Under the pieces are notes generated by a model. The model was not told the origin of the DNA. It saw nothing but the letters and a program-made list of their open reading frames with translations, and did not search any database. A program made the translations under genes and the position numbers. A DNA stretch of 45,988 nt. Source: a virus. Positions 1-4,953 of this stretch are shown piece by piece. Position 1 is the stretch's first letter. Every line of letters begins with the position of its first letter. Location: positions 1-45,988 of the IMG/VR virus record IMGVR_UViG_3300013233_000256. One strand, 5' to 3'.

Positions 1-239
1 ATTTCAACAATCGCAAGTGCAATCGTGATCGCGCTACTGGCGTGGATGGGATCAAGCACGATCGAAATGGGCAAGGATATCGCCACGATCAAATCAAAAA
101 TGGAAGCAGCCTTGCCTATGCAGGCTGTCATATCTGCACTACAGCGAGGGTTAATAGAGACGCAATCAAATTATCAATCGATATCAATGCGGGTAGAAAA
201 AATGGAACACAGACAAGATGAGGAAGATGCCAGGGAACG
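1..239. repeat. Terminal redundancy: identical to 45750-45988 (circularisation overlap; unit genome 45,749 bp)
   Basis: Reading both ends side by side shows the same 239 nt (atttcaacaatcgcaagtgc ... gatgccagggaacg). The junction lies inside a coding region. Confidence 0.95.
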
Positions 240-258
240 CATGGAGCATAGCCGATGA
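1..258 (+). CDS. 3' part of the gene that starts at 45681: 109-aa single-TMD, coiled-coil, charged-tail protein (holin or i-spanin-like candidate)
   Basis: The frame is open from base 1 and continues the frame of the ATG at 45681 across the repeat. It has a TMD (ISTIASAIVIALLAWMGSS) and a charged C-terminus. Its stop overlaps the endolysin start (ATGA at 255-258). Confidence 0.6.
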   Translation: MSTIASAIVIALLAWMGSSTIEMGKDIATIKSKMEAALPMQAVISALQRGLIETQSNYQSISMRVEKMEHRQDEEDARERMEHSR

Positions 259-767
259 TTGATTTCAATATTGCTATCGACAGGCTGCTGGCACATGAGG
301 GCGGGTTCACGCTGGATGCTCACGATCCGGGCAACTGGACTGGAGGCAAGGTCGGCAAGGGCCAGCTCAAAGGCACCAAGTTCGGCATTTCAGCGGCAAC
401 ATTTCCACATGTGGACATCCCCAATCTGACTCGCGGCGAAGCGAAGGACATTTATCGTCGTGAATACTGGGACGCCGTCACAGAGGTGTCTGACGCTGTG
501 CGTTTTCAGATGCTCGATGCCGGTGTCAATCACGGCACACATCGCGCCATCAAGTTTTTGCAAAAGGCCGTAGGCACAAAAGACGATGGCGCATGGGGGC
601 CTGCATCGGAACGGGCGGCAGCGGCAACGGACAATAACGATATTCTGTTGCGATTCCTGGGCCACCGGCTGATATTTATGACAGACATCACGATCTGGAC
701 AACCTACGGGCGCGGCTGGGCGCGGCGCATCGGAACGAATCTGCTGTATGCTGCGGAGGACAACTGA
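255..767 (+). CDS. Endolysin, GH108-type lysozyme N-domain plus PG_binding_3-like C-domain
   Basis: The N-terminus LLAHEGGFTLDAHDPGNWTGGKVG...GISAATF matches the GH108 EGG..D..DPGG.T..G signature as I recall it. The C-terminal part (AVGTKDDGAWGPAS) looks like a peptidoglycan-binding repeat. There is no N-terminal TMD. Confidence 0.8.
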   Translation: MIDFNIAIDRLLAHEGGFTLDAHDPGNWTGGKVGKGQLKGTKFGISAATFPHVDIPNLTRGEAKDIYRREYWDAVTEVSDAVRFQMLDAGVNHGTHRAIKFLQKAVGTKDDGAWGPASERAAAATDNNDILLRFLGHRLIFMTDITIWTTYGRGWARRIGTNLLYAAEDN

Positions 768-874
768 TGCGGCTCGCCACCGGCATCATCCTGGCGATGA
801 TCGCCATGGTCGTCGCAACCGTACTGATTAACGGCGGCGACGTGGTCGCATTCATCAAATGGTTGGGGTACTGA
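767..874 (+). CDS. 35-aa hydrophobic peptide (MRLATGIILAMIAMVVATVLINGGDVVAFIKWLGY)
   Basis: Its ATG overlaps the endolysin stop (TGATG) and it has a single TMD. It is below the 60-aa cutoff of the ORF track and was read manually. Confidence 0.35.
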   Translation: MRLATGIILAMIAMVVATVLINGGDVVAFIKWLGY

Positions 875-876
875 TT

Positions 877-1326
877 ATGCGCAAAACGATTCTGTTCATC
901 ATCCTGTTTCCACTATTCCTGTTCCAGTGTTCGCTCGCGCGGGCTGCGGAATATCCGAAGTATCAGGTTGGCGTGTCCGATAACTACGATGGCGACACCA
1001 TCACGATCACCAAAGCCATCCCGATCTATCTGACAAAAATCCGCGTGAAGGGTGTCGATACGCCTGAAATTGGATGGCGCGCACGATGCCCGCGAGAACA
1101 GGCAATAGCTATCGCGGCAAAGAAGTTCACAGCCGACAAGATCAAGACCGCTGACACGGTGGTGCTGGACTGGATTTCACCGGACAGGAACGGCGGGCGC
1201 ATTGCTGCAAGGGTGATGATCGACGGTGTTGATCTGGCGGATTTACTCATTCAAGCAGGACTGGGCCATAAGTTCGGGTCAAAGGAAAAACGACCAACGC
1301 ATAAGGCAAAAGGGTGGTGCCAATGA
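877..1326 (+). CDS. Exported staphylococcal-nuclease (SNase/thermonuclease)-like nuclease
   Basis: A signal peptide is present (MRKTILFIILFPLFLFQCSLARA/AE). The SNase core is DGDTITI...IRVKGVDTPE with Arg-x4-Asp-Thr-Pro-Glu spacing as in SNase R35/D40/T41/E43. A later NGGRIAARV..DG segment follows. I chose the ATG at 877 over the GTG at 859. Confidence 0.75.
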   Translation: MRKTILFIILFPLFLFQCSLARAAEYPKYQVGVSDNYDGDTITITKAIPIYLTKIRVKGVDTPEIGWRARCPREQAIAIAAKKFTADKIKTADTVVLDWISPDRNGGRIAARVMIDGVDLADLLIQAGLGHKFGSKEKRPTHKAKGWCQ

Positions 1327-1721
1327 AATACAGAAAAATTGACCGCTATAAATACGAACTGATGGAGACGCTGACCACGCGCGTCCCGATTGATGCCGAC
1401 GTTTTGACAGAGTTCATCGAGCTGGCCGACGGCTTTCTGACCATCCGCGAGGGCTATTGCTGGGATGGGGCCAGCGGCCCAACGATCGACACCAGATCCA
1501 CCATGCGCGGCTCACTCGTACACGACGCGCTGTATCAGCTCATGCGCATGGGCCTGATTGGACAGGAAAACAAACCGCTGGCCGACCAGACATTCCGCCG
1601 CCTGATCCGCAAAGACGGTATGGGCGCATTCCGCGCCTGGTATTATTACAACGGCGTGCACTTTTTCGGCAGAAAATCCGCACAGGTACAAAACACGGAA
1701 CCGGAGGTTATCTCGATATGA
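1323..1721 (+). CDS. DUF1353-like protein
   Basis: The motif GYCWDGASGP......SLVHDALYQL fits my recollection of DUF1353 (WDGAS.P ... HD.LY). Its ATG at 1323 overlaps the previous stop (ATGA). Confidence 0.55.
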   Translation: MKYRKIDRYKYELMETLTTRVPIDADVLTEFIELADGFLTIREGYCWDGASGPTIDTRSTMRGSLVHDALYQLMRMGLIGQENKPLADQTFRRLIRKDGMGAFRAWYYYNGVHFFGRKSAQVQNTEPEVISI

Positions 1722-2083
1722 AACGATTGATCATGATATTAACACTGGCAGCCCTGAGTGGCTGTGCATCCCTGAACAATGCAGGCATATCTTCAATGAA
1801 AGTGAAGCCCTATCTGGACAGCAATGGCAACAAGGCGTGTTGTGAGTGGGACTATACTGGCGGCAAGGAAATCGGTGAGGTTACAGCAGACGTGACTATC
1901 AAGCCTGATGGGTCGTTCAAAGGCCATCTGCATGAAGTGAGCGTTAAGGCTTTCGAGGGCCAGCGTATTAGCGCCGATGTCGCTAAAACAGGTATTCGTG
2001 TTGGTGCGGCGGCGGCATCTGCTGCTATAAATCCTGCGGCAGCAGTCGGGGCGTTGGGCGTATTAAAAGGCGCTGCTCCTTAA
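1718..2083 (+). CDS. Lipoprotein, 121 aa, with Ala-rich hydrophobic C-terminus (unimolecular-spanin candidate)
   Basis: MKRLIMILTLAALSGC carries a lipobox (LSGC). The C-terminal segment VGAAAASAAINPAAAVGALGVL is hydrophobic. The start overlaps the previous stop (ATGA). The longer ORF-track start at 1457 was rejected. Confidence 0.7.
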   Translation: MKRLIMILTLAALSGCASLNNAGISSMKVKPYLDSNGNKACCEWDYTGGKEIGEVTADVTIKPDGSFKGHLHEVSVKAFEGQRISADVAKTGIRVGAAAASAAINPAAAVGALGVLKGAAP

Positions 2084-2184
2084 AAGACAAACCAGAATAG
2101 CGCAAACACAATCTCGAACACAATGATGCCGGATACCCAAGCGAATAACAGCGGTATGTTTTCAGTATGTTTTAATATGCTCAT
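2080..2184 (-). CDS. 34-aa hydrophobic peptide (MSILKHTENIPLLFAWVSGIIVFEIVFALFWFVF)
   Basis: Read manually. It is the last minus-strand ORF, and its stop overlaps the convergent lipoprotein stop. Confidence 0.25.
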   Translation of the reverse strand: MSILKHTENIPLLFAWVSGIIVFEIVFALFWFVF

Positions 2185-2320
2185 AAATTCTTACGCATTT
2201 CTTGGAAAATTTCCCGCTGTGGCTTTCTGGGACATCATTAACACAAGCGCTAATCTCCGATAAATGCTTCTCTATGTTTTTCAGCGTATGTAGTAATTCT
2301 CTGAAATATGCCATTATCAT
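2162..2320 (-). CDS. 52-aa hypothetical protein
   Basis: Read manually. A strong SD (GAGGAG) lies 5 nt upstream of the ATG. The product is MIMAYFRELLHTLKNIEKHLSEISACVNDVPESHSGKFSKKCVRIYEHIKTY. Confidence 0.4.
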   Translation of the reverse strand: MIMAYFRELLHTLKNIEKHLSEISACVNDVPESHSGKFSKKCVRIYEHIKTY

Positions 2321-2335
2321 TTTATCTCCTCATGA

Positions 2336-2518
2336 TTATAGTTCCAACGCATCCAACCATGCTTTTTTATCAACATTAAGTTTCAAGTATTTTTCGTATA
2401 TCCTCATCTGGCGCTCATCGAATTTTGCGATAGTTTCAGATACATCGTGGCCGTATGCTGATCGCACAGACGCATCAATTGCTAGCTTGCGCCTAGCCCT
2501 GCTATTTTTACCACTCAT
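2336..2518 (-). CDS. Hypothetical protein, 60 aa
   Basis: The ORF start overlaps the upstream stop (TAATG). It is part of a tightly packed minus-strand gene chain. Confidence 0.5.
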   Translation of the reverse strand: MSGKNSRARRKLAIDASVRSAYGHDVSETIAKFDERQMRIYEKYLKLNVDKKAWLDALEL

Positions 2519-2709
2519 TACGACTCTCTAAACACATCAGCATTAACATCAACCGTTAGCATCTTCACCTCCGACTCCAGTTCATCAATGCGCTTTTGCT
2601 GTGCTTCCCAGCCAGCTTCAAAGCAGTTCTTAACTTCCATAGTAATCAGATATTTTGTAGGCGGCTGTGTTTTGTACCATTTCACAAACGCTTCTCTTAC
2701 ATCACTCAT
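2518..2709 (-). CDS. Hypothetical protein, 63 aa
   Basis: The ORF overlaps its neighbours at both ends. Confidence 0.55.
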   Translation of the reverse strand: MSDVREAFVKWYKTQPPTKYLITMEVKNCFEAGWEAQQKRIDELESEVKMLTVDVNADVFRES

Positions 2710-3043
2710 CTTTCACCTCCATTACAGCATGTCTGATGCACTCTATTCTTGACTCGTAAATGTCAGATTCCCAAAATGTTATAGAATTTTTGGCCACCCA
2801 TCCCTGCGGGGTTATGTCTGGATGAGTATAGAAGAAAAGTATCCTATATTTCTCCCCTAGCATCTGGACAACAGCATCACGGGTGGCTGGGTCAGAGAGG
2901 GTGAATTCTTTACCATCTTCGTCAAATACAGATTTTCCATGTTTTATTTTCCCGTCGCCTTCTGTCCATATTATATCGACAATCTGTGGGTGCCGATATT
3001 TCATCTTCGCCGCTTTCATATCTGACTCTAGTTCAAAGTTCAT
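2702..3043 (-). CDS. Hypothetical protein, 113 aa
   Basis: The ORF lies in the operon chain. I recognise no motif. Confidence 0.65.
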   Translation of the reverse strand: MNFELESDMKAAKMKYRHPQIVDIIWTEGDGKIKHGKSVFDEDGKEFTLSDPATRDAVVQMLGEKYRILFFYTHPDITPQGWVAKNSITFWESDIYESRIECIRHAVMEVKDE

Positions 3044-3044
3044 G

Positions 3045-3611
3045 TCATCCCTCGTTTGATAAATTTATGAACCAATCCACGTCACCCCAGTGGACATCCT
3101 CTGCGAATTTAAGCTGTAGGCAACCAGATGTATAATGAACAACCACCGTGTCACTGCCCTTAACACTCCGCCCAAACGCTGGCTGCGGATGGTTCTTGCG
3201 GCGGACTATGTGGCAGTACCTCCGACTAAAACTGGCTGTTGTCATAAACGAATAATTGGTACTTGCATCAACGTGTTTAAGATTGGTAATAATCCGTATC
3301 TTTTTATCTAAATCTATATCGCTAAAGTCACTCACCATTACATCAAACCCACCATCGATGACAAACTGCCACTGTTCTTCTGAGTAGCCGCAGTATTCTG
3401 GTTCGATTTCGTAATCTTCTGGGGGCAAAACCCAGTTAAAAGGTATATCCCCTTTCGCACGCCAAGCGCCGCCTGTACACCTAACTCGTTTGCCGTCCTT
3501 CAAGGCGTTTATAAGCGGCTTATACGGCTCATCCAACGCAGCCAGTGCTGCTTCAAATTCTTCCCATGCCGCTTCCAGTTCTTCTTTTGTGGCTTCACTT
3601 ACTATCTTCAC
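3045..3611 (-). CDS. Hypothetical protein, 188 aa
   Basis: The ORF lies in the operon chain. I recognise no motif. Confidence 0.7.
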   Translation of the reverse strand: MKIVSEATKEELEAAWEEFEAALAALDEPYKPLINALKDGKRVRCTGGAWRAKGDIPFNWVLPPEDYEIEPEYCGYSEEQWQFVIDGGFDVMVSDFSDIDLDKKIRIITNLKHVDASTNYSFMTTASFSRRYCHIVRRKNHPQPAFGRSVKGSDTVVVHYTSGCLQLKFAEDVHWGDVDWFINLSNEG

Positions 3612-3936
3612 TATATGCCCCTAATTTATCCGCAATCATCATAGCGATATTCGCTACATCAGCGGCTTCTTCTTTTATTGCCATGAGTAATGCAGGCTTG
3701 TCTGTTTTATCGTATTTCCCAGATTCGTCATAAGCTAAGTCATACACTGCTTTGTTAAGCTCCTCGTATTCCTCATCCAGCTTATCCATCAAAAACTCCA
3801 ATGAACAGCCTTTGTGAAGCCACCCTCTTTCCCCGCTCTCTGACGGCCATCCTGTCTTGGTTGCATTGGCTTCAAGCTTTTCCTGCATTGCCTTAGCCAT
3901 GTGCTGAACACTTGGGTGTAGATTTACTTGTTCCAT
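3595..3936 (-). CDS. mazG: MazG-like nucleoside triphosphate pyrophosphohydrolase
   Basis: It has an all-alpha NTP-PPase pattern: LDEEYEELNKA ... KEEAADVANIAMMIADKL (EExxE ... E.aDv). The size is typical of phage MazG. Confidence 0.65.
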   Translation of the reverse strand: MEQVNLHPSVQHMAKAMQEKLEANATKTGWPSESGERGWLHKGCSLEFLMDKLDEEYEELNKAVYDLAYDESGKYDKTDKPALLMAIKEEAADVANIAMMIADKLGAYSEDSK

Positions 3937-4085
3937 TGAAAATCTCCTGTCTGCCCATCGTAGTGGGCGCAGTTGTGCTTTACTATTTCATTGCGCATAG
4001 ATGCGAAACCTTCGTAAGATGTAATAAGGATTGATATTACAGATGCAACAACAATATATGCAAAAGCCCTCTCGTATGTTATCAT
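3924..4085 (-). CDS. 53-aa small membrane protein
   Basis: Read manually. Its ATG overlaps the upstream stop (TAATG). A TMD is present (AFAYIVVASVISILI). It ends 13 nt inside the MazG-like gene. Confidence 0.4.
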   Translation of the reverse strand: MITYERAFAYIVVASVISILITSYEGFASMRNEIVKHNCAHYDGQTGDFQWNK

Positions 4086-4267
4086 TATTTCAACTCCCTC
4101 GGATCATCTTCCCAACTCATAGGCTTGCCGGTTAGCTTCTCTGCTGTGCCTTTGGGTACTTTAACCCCGTCTTCAGGACTCTCAAATATATCGAATTCAG
4201 CCAGTCTTGCTGGCCTATAATGATAAATCCATTCTGTAGTGTTTTTATCCACCGCTATAAATGCCAT
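4085..4267 (-). CDS. Hypothetical protein, 60 aa
   Basis: An SD (AAGGAGG) lies 6 nt upstream of the ATG. Confidence 0.55.
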   Translation of the reverse strand: MAFIAVDKNTTEWIYHYRPARLAEFDIFESPEDGVKVPKGTAEKLTGKPMSWEDDPRELK

Positions 4268-4291
4268 CTCATTCCTCCTTATTCATTCGGC

Positions 4292-4390
4292 TGGAGCCTA
4301 CGATTACAACCGCTCTTGTAATCTCACCCTACGGAATTGAACCGCACACCTGTTGCGGAGGCTGTGACCGCCACGGGGATATAGGCTCCA
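4292..4390 (-). ncRNA. Candidate structured RNA element (99 nt) with T-arm-like hairpin; not a canonical tRNA
   Basis: It lies in a 200-bp noncoding gap. A perfect 9-bp closing helix pairs 4292-4300 with 4382-4390. There is a perfect 8-bp hairpin at 4302-4323. A hairpin at 4330-4346 reads UGCGG-UUCAAUU-CCGUA on the minus strand. Confidence 0.35.
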
Positions 4391-4468
4391 TGCGATTAAA
4401 TGCCAGTGTATTTCAACAATCAGAGGCTTATGCTGCTTCATTGCCTTACGCCCACTGGCAGGCGCTAT

Positions 4469-4903
4469 CTAAAACTTCATCCACGCAGGCATTTCATCTT
4501 TAGGCAGGGGTTCTGCGAAATCAAACTTCGATACACAAAGTTCATTAATAATTACCCCATACGATTGAACCGCCCTGTTGTCGAAACTAAACACCAATGC
4601 TTTTTGTTTACTTTCATCGCCATCATCCCACACCCAACACGGAGTTAGCCCGTCCGGTATCCAGGGCTTCCTTTCCGGCCCCTCACCAACGCATGGCGGT
4701 GTGCCTGTTTCTAGGTGCCATGCGTAAGGGTGTTGATCCTCTTCATCAAGCTTGCCATCCATAGTTAGCCATAGATGTCCGCTATAAGGGTATGTAACGC
4801 GCATGAGGAACACACCGACACCATGGTTAGGGTCAGTACTTATGTCGGTTATAACACCATTACCGCGCAATGTTTCAACTTCATCTCCAATCTTGAACGT
4901 CAT
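4469..4903 (-). CDS. Hypothetical protein, 144 aa
   Basis: I chose the ATG at 4903 because an AGGAGG lies 7 nt upstream. The ORF-track start at 4924 would sit inside the promoter/leader. Confidence 0.7.
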   Translation of the reverse strand: MTFKIGDEVETLRGNGVITDISTDPNHGVGVFLMRVTYPYSGHLWLTMDGKLDEEDQHPYAWHLETGTPPCVGEGPERKPWIPDGLTPCWVWDDGDESKQKALVFSFDNRAVQSYGVIINELCVSKFDFAEPLPKDEMPAWMKF

Positions 4904-4924
4904 TACATACCTCCTGGGAACCAA

Positions 4925-4953
4925 ACCATAATGTTTTGTAATACAAATGTCAA
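4925..4953 (-). promoter_or_regulatory. Sigma70-type promoter P1 (TTGACA-N17-TATGGT)
   Basis: The minus strand reads TTGACA TTTGTATTACAAAACAT TATGGT. It belongs to a six-member family. Its -35 overlaps the SNF2 stop codon. Confidence 0.6.

Noticed and set aside
1457-2083. 208-aa version of the lipoprotein ORF
   Set aside because: The N-terminal 87 residues overlap the DUF1353 gene in another frame and are Arg/Pro-rich noise. The internal ATG at 1718 gives a perfect lipoprotein signal and an ATGA coupling.
2202-2531. 109-aa plus-strand ORF in the accessory region
   Set aside because: It is antisense to three tightly coupled minus-strand ORFs that have SD sequences. Its start codon is TTG, not ATG. 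Its product is a low-complexity Ser/Leu/Phe-rich sequence typical of AT-rich antisense frames.
4292-4390. Canonical tRNA gene (GGTTCAATTCC T-loop-like motif, terminal ...CTCCA)
   Set aside because: No cloverleaf fits. The sequence after the T-arm-like hairpin is another 8-bp hairpin, not an acceptor strand. No D-arm forms. The only 7-nt loop candidate has C at position 33. I kept it as an unclassified structured element only.
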